DNA of 64,000 nt. Source: a virus (Duplodnaviria > Caudoviricetes). Position numbers and translations under genes: made by a program. The notes under the pieces were generated by a model. It worked only from the letters and a program-made list of their open reading frames with translations. It ran no database searches and was not told the DNA's origin. The stretch covers positions 2,918-66,917 of the IMG/VR virus record IMGVR_UViG_3300001528_000230; one strand, written 5' to 3'. This document shows, piece by piece, positions 30,153 through 39,391 of the stretch. Position 1 is the stretch's first letter, and every line of letters begins with the position of its first letter.

Positions 30153-31525
30153 TATTTAAGGATTGGCAATACGTTAACGTTTTTAGGTGTTACATAATTT
30201 GATTTACCATAGATTGAGTTACTATTTGAAGCGTTAAATCCTACGATATCACCATAATTATTACCAGACGAATACTCAGGATATGTATTATTAGTAACTG
30301 TATAAAATGCCCCTTGTGGATTTACCGTCTCAGCTTTAAATCCTATAGAGCCTGTAATATTTGGTAAACCATCAGGTTGATATGCACCCACTGTGGTTGC
30401 ACCTCTATCGGATTGTAAATCTGCCCCTCTTCTAAACACACCTCTTAAATCAGGGATTGTAAATGTGGTTGTGCCGTTGCCTGTACCATAATAAGCGTGA
30501 GCTGTAGAAGGGATATCACTTTGTTCTTTAATCAAATTGTTTGTTACAGCCCAAGTGTATAAATCTGAGAAAGTATCACGAGAAAGCTCTGCACCATTTG
30601 CGATAATAAACCCATCAGGTGCTTGTGTTCCTGTATAATCCATAACACTACCAACTGGAACGGTTTTATTAGGTGGTGTAGCTTTAGCTTTTAAAATAAG
30701 TTTAAGTGCTATGTTTCTCGGTGTTACCCTAGAAGAACGACCATAAATACCGTTAGACCAAGATGCGTTAAAAGATAAGTCACCAGAAGCAGGTGCACCA
30801 GAACCAGCATTACCACCGTGAGAAGATGAACGCAAAGCTCCACTAGCTTGGCTTGGATTTAGCCCTGAGTAAAAACCTAACCAACCAGTTATGTTAGGTA
30901 AACCCTCTGTTTCTTTTCTACCCACATTATCTGTGCTAGATGCGATTTTAACAAACTGGTCTCTCAAATCAGCTATAGTGAATGTGGTTGAACCATCGCC
31001 TGTACCAAATAGTTTACTATCACCGATTAACTCGTTATCAACAGCGTATTGGTATAAGTCTGCATAGGTTTCACGAGATAAGGTTTGACCTGTTGGTTCA
31101 ATAAAGTATTCAGGTGGACGTGTACCACTCCACAACATCATACTACCTACTGGTAAATCATAAGAGATAATACGAGCATCTTCTGCTACCCCTTTTGATA
31201 CAGATAGTACACCACTGTTGGTAATATCTAAACCGTAGCCTACCTTGATTTGACCAATGGTTGTAGGTGTAGCTATTTTGGTTTCTAACAACAACTTGTT
31301 TTCATCTGCTGTTTTTTCAGCATAGTTAATATGTTGGTTAAAATAATTGTATAACCAGTTGGCTTGGTGTGCATCGGGTACTGAATCAGTTAAGGATTCA
31401 TCCTTGTTTCTAAAACCTTTTTTAAAGTTGTACTCATCAAGAGGTATTAACTTAGGGTCGTCTAAACCGAAGTCATATTCTCTTAAATCGTATATTCCAG
31501 ATGGTTTATTACTAGGGTATGCCAT
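30149..31525 (-). CDS. Main tail fibre with two tail-collar domains and a variable C-terminal tip
   Basis: Two Phage tail collar motifs (PVGSMMLW...TLSRETYADL...GDGSTTFTIADLR; PVGSVMDY...GNGTTTFTIPDLRGVFRRG), each followed by a GLPNITG...NAS...IYG..S..VTP.N domain. Confidence 0.9.
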   Translation of the reverse strand: MAYPSNKPSGIYDLREYDFGLDDPKLIPLDEYNFKKGFRNKDESLTDSVPDAHQANWLYNYFNQHINYAEKTADENKLLLETKIATPTTIGQIKVGYGLDITNSGVLSVSKGVAEDARIISYDLPVGSMMLWSGTRPPEYFIEPTGQTLSRETYADLYQYAVDNELIGDSKLFGTGDGSTTFTIADLRDQFVKIASSTDNVGRKETEGLPNITGWLGFYSGLNPSQASGALRSSSHGGNAGSGAPASGDLSFNASWSNGIYGRSSRVTPRNIALKLILKAKATPPNKTVPVGSVMDYTGTQAPDGFIIANGAELSRDTFSDLYTWAVTNNLIKEQSDIPSTAHAYYGTGNGTTTFTIPDLRGVFRRGADLQSDRGATTVGAYQPDGLPNITGSIGFKAETVNPQGAFYTVTNNTYPEYSSGNNYGDIVGFNASNSNSIYGKSNYVTPKNVNVLPILKY

Positions 31526-31538
31526 TTGTTAATATCTC

Positions 31539-33482
31539 CTAATTTATTATTATCTTGGCTGTGTCACTAATACTAGATGGTACAGTTATAAACTTAGCCC
31601 CACCGTTATTAGTATGAGGGTAAACCCCATGGTTTATAGTTGTCTCAAAAGGTAGCTCTAATTGGTATAAATCTGTTTGTAAACTAAAATTACTTATAAT
31701 ACCATTATAGGTATCACCTAGTGTAACCGTATCACCTAAGCTTTCAAGAATAGGTACACTATAAGTTAATTCATTTCGAGTATTATCTATATAAAGTAAT
31801 AAGTTTTCAGGTGAAATACTTATGTTTACCTTATGGTATTCTTCTATAGTTATAGGTAAAGTGGCTACCGATGATACGGTAGTGGTGTTACCTTCTTCGT
31901 CTGTATCGTCACAGTTTAATACAACACTTAGGTGGTCGTTAGCTAGTAACACTTTGAGTAAATCTGTAGTATTATCACTCTTGTATAATCTCAAAATCTG
32001 TTGTTCTTCATCAGGATTACTAAATGAGATATACAAGTCAAATGATAACTCTATATGTTGGTTATCACCACTCACAGTATTATAAACTATGCTGTCACCT
32101 GCTTCTAACATCATTTGTCTTTTATCGTGGTGGGTTAACTCATATTTAAAAGACGATTGAGGTTCATATAAGTTTTCATCTAAGCGTTTAGCCATATTTA
32201 TTTTAAGGTGGTCGTTATTATCCACCACGTTAAACAATATCTTGGTTTCACCATAGCCTGTAATATAATATTTAGACAAAGTGGTTTTATTATCTATGAT
32301 ATCACCTATAACCATATTATAATAGATAAAATCACCATAGCTTAAATCGTCAATTTTACCCTCATCGGTTATTAATCCATTGATATAAATACTTGAGTTA
32401 ATATCAATAGCAGGTGTATCTATGTCTATATTAGGTGCGTAATAGTTAATTAAGCTGTTAATATAAGATACATCGCTATCGTAATCACCAGTTAATTTAC
32501 ACTCATTGGCTAACCATACTTGATTTTGATAATACACGATAGTATAATCTTGACCTACTACCAAAGGGGTACCATAAGTATCTGTTACACCATCTACAGT
32601 TATATTTAACTTGTTTTCACTATCTATAAATATAGATACAGAGTTTGTACCATCGTTGCTAGACATAATGGTAGAATAAGTATCTATATCCTTGTATAAT
32701 CTACCACAGGCTACAAATAGCTTGTTTGTATCAAGATAAGAGTTGGTTTTACAATACATTTTATTATCAGAGGTAAACTTGATACATTTACCCTTAAAAG
32801 TTATAAGGTCGAGGGTATCGGTAATAAGTGCTGGATATCTAGTATCACCAAAAGCTTGTTTACCATCATATTTAAACACATTAAAGGTATTATTATCAAG
32901 GAATATATTGTTGAGTTTTACACCTCCAGCTAATAAAGCCTTAATTTGTTCATACATAGCCGATGAACTAACTTCTATGCTACTACCCTTCATCATAACA
33001 CTTACGGCTAAAGGGTAAGACTCAGAGATTATAACTTGGTCTGCGTTAAACAAAAGTTGTATAGCTTTGATAAACGACTCTATGGTTCCATCAAAGTTGT
33101 TTCTAATAATCTTGGATTTAATCCCACGGATTTGCTTTTGTTCTGAAATCGTTAGGTTAGTACCTGAGATATAGTTAGCTTGTGAATAATAGTGACCTGC
33201 ACCATAACCTTGTAGTTCAGGTTGGTCTGTACCATAAGTAAACGCATCTTTGGCTATATCCGTATAGATAATATTAGTGGCTGTATTCTTGGTTTTAGCA
33301 TCTAGCCATACACCCCTTGAGTCGTCTAACCTTAGGTTCGTAGCTAGTTCCCATACAACTTTTTCAATCTCTTGGTATCTATCAGCACCCTGTTCAACAA
33401 TGGATATAACTTGTGGAAATTCTAACAAATAGGGTATTAACATATTGATTGCTCTTTTTTTATAATCTAGGATTTGATACAC
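31539..33482 (-). CDS. Baseplate wedge protein (DUF2612-like N-terminus) with LamG-like C-terminal domains
   Basis: GVWLD...IKSKIIRNNFDGTIESF...LAGGV; follows baseplate J; beta-sandwich extensions. Confidence 0.75.
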   Translation of the reverse strand: MYQILDYKKRAINMLIPYLLEFPQVISIVEQGADRYQEIEKVVWELATNLRLDDSRGVWLDAKTKNTATNIIYTDIAKDAFTYGTDQPELQGYGAGHYYSQANYISGTNLTISEQKQIRGIKSKIIRNNFDGTIESFIKAIQLLFNADQVIISESYPLAVSVMMKGSSIEVSSSAMYEQIKALLAGGVKLNNIFLDNNTFNVFKYDGKQAFGDTRYPALITDTLDLITFKGKCIKFTSDNKMYCKTNSYLDTNKLFVACGRLYKDIDTYSTIMSSNDGTNSVSIFIDSENKLNITVDGVTDTYGTPLVVGQDYTIVYYQNQVWLANECKLTGDYDSDVSYINSLINYYAPNIDIDTPAIDINSSIYINGLITDEGKIDDLSYGDFIYYNMVIGDIIDNKTTLSKYYITGYGETKILFNVVDNNDHLKINMAKRLDENLYEPQSSFKYELTHHDKRQMMLEAGDSIVYNTVSGDNQHIELSFDLYISFSNPDEEQQILRLYKSDNTTDLLKVLLANDHLSVVLNCDDTDEEGNTTTVSSVATLPITIEEYHKVNISISPENLLLYIDNTRNELTYSVPILESLGDTVTLGDTYNGIISNFSLQTDLYQLELPFETTINHGVYPHTNNGGAKFITVPSSISDTAKIIIN

Positions 33483-33493
33483 TATGTTAACTC

Positions 33494-34669
33494 CTAATTG
33501 TTAAAAATAACATCTATATTATCTTTAGATAGTTTAGCTATTTGACGAGTGTTGATATCTAGGGTGTCATACTTAGTATGGGTTTCATCGTCAATGTTTT
33601 CTATCTTAACGGATTGAATATCGTCTATATTACCGATGTCAGTTAATACTGTGTAATAGGCATAAGCCTTAACAGGTACACCTATCTTTTGTGTTTCTTC
33701 AAATTTTTCAACAATGCTGGATTTAAGTGAGTCGGTCCAAGTATCAGTTTGTGCACCAGAGGTTGTAATATTTATGGTGAACTTGGTATTGACGTGTTGA
33801 GCTTTAGTATAACCGATTTCGTATTTATTACCTTGGCTATCCTCACGGGTATATGTTGAGCTACCAAATGGTTTTACCCCTAAGGTTTTTTTCTCAAAGA
33901 TAATATCCACGATTTCATCTTCGTCTCCACCATCAACTATGATTTCAAACGATTTAGGTGGTAATCCGTCTTCTTCAACCTCATTGTAGTTCTCAAGGTA
34001 TTTACAGTCGATGATACCATCTAGGGTAAAAATGCTAGAACGGATATTATCCAAACTGTATGCACCAGTGGATTGTATAGCTTCTCTTCTACGGTTGCGT
34101 AACTCTTTGTCGGTTTCAGCATATCGTCCTATAATCAAATTGTTATCATCTAGGCTTGAAACCGATGTAATACCCGACAAAGGTGTCATAATAGTGATTT
34201 TATTAGTTGAGTTATTACCTATCGGTCCGTATTCGTTGTTTATAAATTGGGCTTCAATCTCACCTGTATCACCAATAGTTATATCCTCGTTTAAAATCCA
34301 GAAAGCACTGGTGGATTCATCTTTAATTCTTAAATCCTCTGCTGTAACACTTGTGTTAGGTGTACCAGTGATTTTAAAATCGCACAAGGATTTAGCAGAA
34401 GGGAATCTATAAATGTTGTTATACTCACAGATACAATCTAAGAAGTAACCCTCTGCTGTTTCAGAACTTAACTGTGAAGCTAAATAGGCTACTACCTCAT
34501 GGATTAACTGTTCATTGTTAGCATCTGAGAGTTCCATGTTGCCGATTGGCGAAGTTCTATCAATTTCAAAATCTTCACCAAGTACACTCAAAAGGTTAGA
34601 CTGTCTCTCGTCTAATATCTCTTGTAATGTTTGGATTTGTACACCGTTGGCATCTATCTTAAGTGTCAT
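33494..34669 (-). CDS. Baseplate J-like protein
   Basis: AEGYFLD...RF, GRYAETDKELRNRR, LPPKSFEIIVDGG motifs. Confidence 0.9.
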   Translation of the reverse strand: MTLKIDANGVQIQTLQEILDERQSNLLSVLGEDFEIDRTSPIGNMELSDANNEQLIHEVVAYLASQLSSETAEGYFLDCICEYNNIYRFPSAKSLCDFKITGTPNTSVTAEDLRIKDESTSAFWILNEDITIGDTGEIEAQFINNEYGPIGNNSTNKITIMTPLSGITSVSSLDDNNLIIGRYAETDKELRNRRREAIQSTGAYSLDNIRSSIFTLDGIIDCKYLENYNEVEEDGLPPKSFEIIVDGGDEDEIVDIIFEKKTLGVKPFGSSTYTREDSQGNKYEIGYTKAQHVNTKFTINITTSGAQTDTWTDSLKSSIVEKFEETQKIGVPVKAYAYYTVLTDIGNIDDIQSVKIENIDDETHTKYDTLDINTRQIAKLSKDNIDVIFNN

Positions 34670-34674
34670 TAAAG

Positions 34675-35028
34675 TTAAACCCCTATTATAGTAACTTCTC
34701 CGTTTTTAAGCGTGTATACGGTATCACCAAAGGTTAAGTTACCAGTTATATTATAAACGGTTAACCCATCGACTATACTTTCGGTTAAATCAAGATTACT
34801 AACTTTTGTTATACCGTCAACGGATAATATAGCGTTTTCTAAATCGGCTAATAACATGGGTTTATTACCGAAACGTCTACGATAGTCTATACCGTTTGAG
34901 TAATCAAGATACCAGTCGTTTTGCCATATCTGTACAACGACCTTAACTTGTTGAAGGACTAAATCCCTATCGGTAATAAAAGTGTTTAAAACCTTTTTGT
35001 TTTCAAAGTCGAGGGTTAAATCTTTCAT
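34675..35028 (-). CDS. Baseplate wedge/sheath initiator (gp25/W-like)
   Basis: EWYLD..GIDY-type motif (DWYLDYSNGIDY), AILSVDGITKV; precedes baseplate J. Confidence 0.75.
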   Translation of the reverse strand: MKDLTLDFENKKVLNTFITDRDLVLQQVKVVVQIWQNDWYLDYSNGIDYRRRFGNKPMLLADLENAILSVDGITKVSNLDLTESIVDGLTVYNITGNLTFGDTVYTLKNGEVTIIGV

Positions 35029-35054
35029 ATTACTATTATAGTGGTGACAAGGCT

Positions 35055-35606
35055 TTAGGCTATTACATCGTCAATGGTAAACGGTTCAATGTCTATCTTT
35101 AGTTTATCAAAACTGATATCTGTACCATCGGGTAAATTAGGCATACTAGGTTGAAGTGTAGCTAGATTAGTAATGTTCGTGGTTAAACGAGCTAGTCTCG
35201 GAGTTAACTCAACTACAAAGTTAACAGCACTGTTGTATGGACCCAAGAAATAGTTTAACCAAAAGTTAGCTACGTTTTTAAGCCAAGATACTACACTATC
35301 AATGTTAAAATCCATACGTAATATATCTATGAAGGGTTTAATAAAGGCTATAAACTCTTGGCAGGCTACATACTTTTGTTTTAAACTTTATAAAACTTGT
35401 TCACGTTTTCTAGCTAAAATAGGGTTAACACTATTATTAATAGATATACATATTTTATCAACTTGGGCTTGTATAACTTCTTTACTTTGCTTAGTTAAAT
35501 CCAAAGAAGATAAATACTCAAACTTATCGTATACTTGAGCTTCTAAATCCTCTAGGGTATCATTAAATGAGTCCAAGCCACTAAATAAAGTCTGGTTATT
35601 CAACAT
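35055..35606 (-). pseudogene. Single 183-codon reading frame interrupted by one in-frame TAA (35388-35390)
   Basis: The two supplied ORFs are in the same frame (291 nt apart) and read ...REQVL*SLKQKYVACQEFIAFIKPFIDILRMDFN...; the downstream ATG has no RBS. Confidence 0.6.
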
Positions 35607-36621
35607 TGGTTAATACTCCATTTTCAAATGTTAAGGTTTTGCCATTGGCTGATACAACTCCTGTGGCACCATAGCCCACATTCAAAGTCTTGGTTACATT
35701 AACGGTGGGCGAGTCAAGGTTAACCTCTAGACCCGATATATTCACATTATCACCTTTTATGTTTATATCACTGGCTTTAATCTCGAGTTGACCTGCTTCG
35801 TTTACAGATAGTGTAAAAGTCTGATTGTTTAAGCCTATGGTTATAGGACAACCTATAGAGTTGTAATACCTGTCTTGGTCATTATGCAAGGCAATAGCAT
35901 AAGTGGTAGCACTTTCGGGGTTTTCAAACACACCTAAGTGTTGACCTGTTTTATAGTAATACTCAACGGCTTCACTTTCTGACATCTCTTTACCATCTGG
36001 TGAAATCGTTGGGATTAAAACTTCTTTACTCTTGTATTTACCTTCTTCGGGTGAAAAACTCATAGATTTAACTGTTTCTATAGCTCCACCCTCGGTTTTA
36101 ACTACGGGGCGATTATACAAATCTATATTACCTGCAACAATCATACCTTTGTTAGCTGATACATTGTTAAGCTTAGGGTCTGCTGTATATATTTGAGTTA
36201 CATTACTTTGTGGTATATATCCGTTTATAAACACACTTGAGTTAATACTGTGAAACTCAGGGTCTTCAGTGGGTTCTGTATTACCATCTGCGTTAAAATT
36301 AGAACAGTTAAAATCAAGAAATTCTAACATGCCTGTGTCGCCACTTTTTATAGGTGTAAGGATATAAGCCCTGCTTGTACGGTGGGGTTCAAGAATGGGT
36401 ATATCAGACAACACAGGAAAAGCCTCATAAGCTCCATATCCCATATCTTGTTTACCTTGGATTTCAACACTTACGGTACCAGCCCCATAGTCAACTGAAA
36501 CGACTTTACAAGGCAGGTGACATCTAAGTTTGGATAATAACATAAAGTCTTTTATCTCTTGAAGTTCACTAACGGTTGATGCTTCCATTAAACGTTTATA
36601 TAAAGTTTTGGGATTAGCCAT
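35596..36621 (-). CDS. Baseplate central spike (gpV/Gp138-like OB-fold) with a ~90-aa internal inserted domain
   Basis: LPCKVVSVD..GTVSVE...PVLSDIP...PIKSGDTGMLEF.D...HSINSSVFI; short beta-helix C-terminus; insert GNIDLYNRP...HNDQDRYY. Confidence 0.8.
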   Translation of the reverse strand: MANPKTLYKRLMEASTVSELQEIKDFMLLSKLRCHLPCKVVSVDYGAGTVSVEIQGKQDMGYGAYEAFPVLSDIPILEPHRTSRAYILTPIKSGDTGMLEFLDFNCSNFNADGNTEPTEDPEFHSINSSVFINGYIPQSNVTQIYTADPKLNNVSANKGMIVAGNIDLYNRPVVKTEGGAIETVKSMSFSPEEGKYKSKEVLIPTISPDGKEMSESEAVEYYYKTGQHLGVFENPESATTYAIALHNDQDRYYNSIGCPITIGLNNQTFTLSVNEAGQLEIKASDINIKGDNVNISGLEVNLDSPTVNVTKTLNVGYGATGVVSANGKTLTFENGVLTNVE

Positions 36622-36622
36622 G

Positions 36623-37549
36623 TTATATATCCTTTACAGTTAAAATAGTTTCGCAGTCTTCGTCGTGGTTAGAGAAGTTGTGTTCTACCTCTAAAACTCT
36701 GTATCCATCGTCCATGCGTAATATCTTATTGGTGATATAAACATACTCATTAGGTACTATCTCAGGGGTAAAAATAGTGTGGATTTCTATTTTTTTATCC
36801 TCTTTAAATTCAGGAGTTGGGATATTATCCTCATCGTATTTATGAACAATTCTAGTACCACTTGAGCTATTAGGTGCAAAGTAAATATTGCCGTTTACGA
36901 TTGTAACCTTGGCATCTAAATACCTTGCCATTTTATGTAAACAGTTTAATCCAATGTTATACATAGGGATATTAAAGTTCATCTCTTTGTCTTTTAATCC
37001 ACCGATAAACAAAACAGGCATATCCATATTGCGTGCTAAGTCTCGGATTATATCAAAGGCTTTTTGACCACTTTTGTAAGACCTGCTGATAAAAAATGAG
37101 GTTTCTATCCCGTTGCCTTCTTGTAACTCTAGTGTTACATAGGTATCGGGTTCATCACCACTATATTGTATACTTGGGGCATAATATCTGGCTACAGGTG
37201 CTTTAGGTGGTTTCTTAGATTTACGCTTGGTTGGTTTTCTAGGTTTGCGTGGCTTTAACACCTCTCGTAACATACCCGTGAATACGTTTTCCCAAATAAG
37301 TTCACCATCTGGGGTTCTAAGGTCATATTGATTAGTGTATATTTCAACACTATATATACCATCATATAATCTTGAGACATCGGTATCGTTTAGATTATAA
37401 ATGGTGAGTGAGCAAGTATTGGGTTCTTTTTCATTGGTACGCTTTATGTTAAAGTTTACAGGTGCATTAGTAAACTCTAGGTTAGCACCATTGATTCTAA
37501 CCTTTATCTTATTCTCAAAAACAACGTTATTAGTAGATGATTCGCTCAT
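36623..37549 (-). CDS. Baseplate hub protein (Mu gp44/gpD-like)
   Basis: FNIKRT...PNTCSLTIYNL...TLELQEG...YRVLEVEH; canonical position before the spike. Confidence 0.75.
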   Translation of the reverse strand: MSESSTNNVVFENKIKVRINGANLEFTNAPVNFNIKRTNEKEPNTCSLTIYNLNDTDVSRLYDGIYSVEIYTNQYDLRTPDGELIWENVFTGMLREVLKPRKPRKPTKRKSKKPPKAPVARYYAPSIQYSGDEPDTYVTLELQEGNGIETSFFISRSYKSGQKAFDIIRDLARNMDMPVLFIGGLKDKEMNFNIPMYNIGLNCLHKMARYLDAKVTIVNGNIYFAPNSSSGTRIVHKYDEDNIPTPEFKEDKKIEIHTIFTPEIVPNEYVYITNKILRMDDGYRVLEVEHNFSNHDEDCETILTVKDI

Positions 37550-37562
37550 AGATTATATCTTT

Positions 37563-37931
37563 CTATTCATTATCCCAGCTATAATCTGAGGTTAATACAT
37601 TTTCAAATTCTATCAAAAATTGGCTTGATACTGTTTGTGGTGTTAAAACTGTGTCTAACTCATAGGTATTAATACAGCGTACACCGTATGGAAAATCTAG
37701 TTCATAATTAGGTAAACACAACATTGCGTTTTCAGTGAGTTTTAATCCTGAATAGATTTTATTAGCCGAGTTTAATTCATCTCGGTATATATCCACTAGA
37801 ATTAAATCTGGGTCTCTATATGTTGTTCTATAAACAAATATAAATAGATTGTCTTCTACACTATAGGGTTGTATAATGTAGTTTTGTTGGTATAAATCTG
37901 GGATTGTAAAAACAAATGTTTGTATATTCAT
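37563..37931 (-). CDS. Baseplate/tail-tip small protein
   Basis: Synteny between tail initiator and hub in myoviruses. Confidence 0.55.
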   Translation of the reverse strand: MNIQTFVFTIPDLYQQNYIIQPYSVEDNLFIFVYRTTYRDPDLILVDIYRDELNSANKIYSGLKLTENAMLCLPNYELDFPYGVRCINTYELDTVLTPQTVSSQFLIEFENVLTSDYSWDNE

Positions 37932-37934
37932 GGT

Positions 37935-39383
37935 TTATTTTCGTTTAGGTGATTTGGATTTAGATGTGGCTTTACCATAGTCACGCTTTGTATTTCGTAC
38001 CGTATCGTAAACTTTGAGTTTATATTGTAGAGATTCTAAACCAGTAGCTCGACCAGTTGTTACGTACTTATCGAAGTTTTTATCCTTCATAGCCATATTA
38101 TTAATCCGTTTTAAATAATTTTCTTGCATACCCCTTGAGCTTAAACCAGCTTTACTAGGGTCTATTCCTGTCTTTACACATGTTTGATATATAGTCTCAT
38201 CGCTAAGCTTACTAAAAGGATTACTAGAGGTAGGTTTTTTAATAGGTTTACTTACCGAATTAGATTTACCCCCAGATGTTCTACTTTTATTACTTGATGT
38301 ACTACCATTACCTTTAACTTTAGTGCTACTAGCTGGTGGTGTAAATACATAGGTTTTAGGTATATACTCATATACTGGTTCTATAGTACAGTTAAAATCA
38401 TAAGATAAACCCGTACTACTTGTTTTATCAAAAGCTAAACTAGAAAACATTAGGTCGGTATAGCACTTATACTGTCTATCAGATAGTTTTAAATATATAT
38501 CGAATCGAGTTTTACTCTCCACTATATTCTCAATAGTGGTTCTAACCTCTTCAATGTTTTTAACCTCTTCGATAGCACTCAAATAGGTCATATCTGAATT
38601 GTTTAAATTATAGTTAATAGCTTTATTAGTTAATCTAAGTTTTAAATCTTTTTTAAATGGATTTACTATTACGTGAGATGTATAGTTGTACCCTGATTCG
38701 GTTCTCTTTCTAGGTATTTCAACTTCTATACTATGGGTATCGCTTTCAGTTATACCTAAAAGTAAGCCATCATAATTGCTGGTAATTGAATCGCCAAAAT
38801 ATGCTAATTGTTTACCTTGTTGGTTAAGTGAGGTTTCAGCCTTGTCGGTCCAATCCTTAGTTTCACGACAAAAGCTTTCTAAAAACTTAAATGGGCTAAA
38901 ACTAGACAGTACACTTTGACCTGCTAATTGCTGAATAAGTGGGTTTATATCATTGATTCCAAAATCTTTAGCTACACCCTTAAGTAAATCTCCTGAGTAA
39001 TACAAGAAAGCATTAAGTACATTATCCTCTTGGATTTTACCGTCTTCTAAGATATTAATTAAACCAGTAACAGCTTGTCTAGCACCGTATGAATCAAACG
39101 CACTTTGTGCAAAATACTTAGCTACACTACCTAGGTTTAAATATTTATTGTTAATAATTTTGTATAACCCAGAGGTTTTAGCTGTGTTTACATTAGCCTC
39201 TAAAAAGCCGTTCATGCTTTCGTATTTATTTAAGTCTATTTTGAGGGTAGTAACACGAGATTTTGTATCACCCAAACCCTTCCACATAATAGTTAAATAA
39301 TTATTAGGTGCTAAATTATCTGGCGATAATTCACCCTTGGATGCGCCTGCTTGTAAAACTGTGTTATCTTGATTATCTGCCAT
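37935..39383 (-). CDS. Tail tube initiator / Dit-like baseplate protein
   Basis: SDTHSIEVEIPRKRTESGYNYTSH motif, Ser/Lys-rich linker; follows tape measure. Confidence 0.6.
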   Translation of the reverse strand: MADNQDNTVLQAGASKGELSPDNLAPNNYLTIMWKGLGDTKSRVTTLKIDLNKYESMNGFLEANVNTAKTSGLYKIINNKYLNLGSVAKYFAQSAFDSYGARQAVTGLINILEDGKIQEDNVLNAFLYYSGDLLKGVAKDFGINDINPLIQQLAGQSVLSSFSPFKFLESFCRETKDWTDKAETSLNQQGKQLAYFGDSITSNYDGLLLGITESDTHSIEVEIPRKRTESGYNYTSHVIVNPFKKDLKLRLTNKAINYNLNNSDMTYLSAIEEVKNIEEVRTTIENIVESKTRFDIYLKLSDRQYKCYTDLMFSSLAFDKTSSTGLSYDFNCTIEPVYEYIPKTYVFTPPASSTKVKGNGSTSSNKSRTSGGKSNSVSKPIKKPTSSNPFSKLSDETIYQTCVKTGIDPSKAGLSSRGMQENYLKRINNMAMKDKNFDKYVTTGRATGLESLQYKLKVYDTVRNTKRDYGKATSKSKSPKRK

Positions 39384-39391
39384 TAGTTAAC

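Larger units (their letters stand above)
29649..30383. mobile_element. Invertible region (shufflon) with three crossover sites ATATCAACCTGATGGTTT
   Basis: Identical 18-mers at 29649-29666 (+), 29903-29920 (+) and 30366-30383 (-), each in frame at YQPDG. Confidence 0.8.

Noticed and set aside
29650-30382. Diversity-generating retroelement (TR/VR) explanation for the tip copies
   Set aside because: The copies differ by indels and all substitution types rather than only at adenines, they are inverted, and no reverse transcriptase is in the window.
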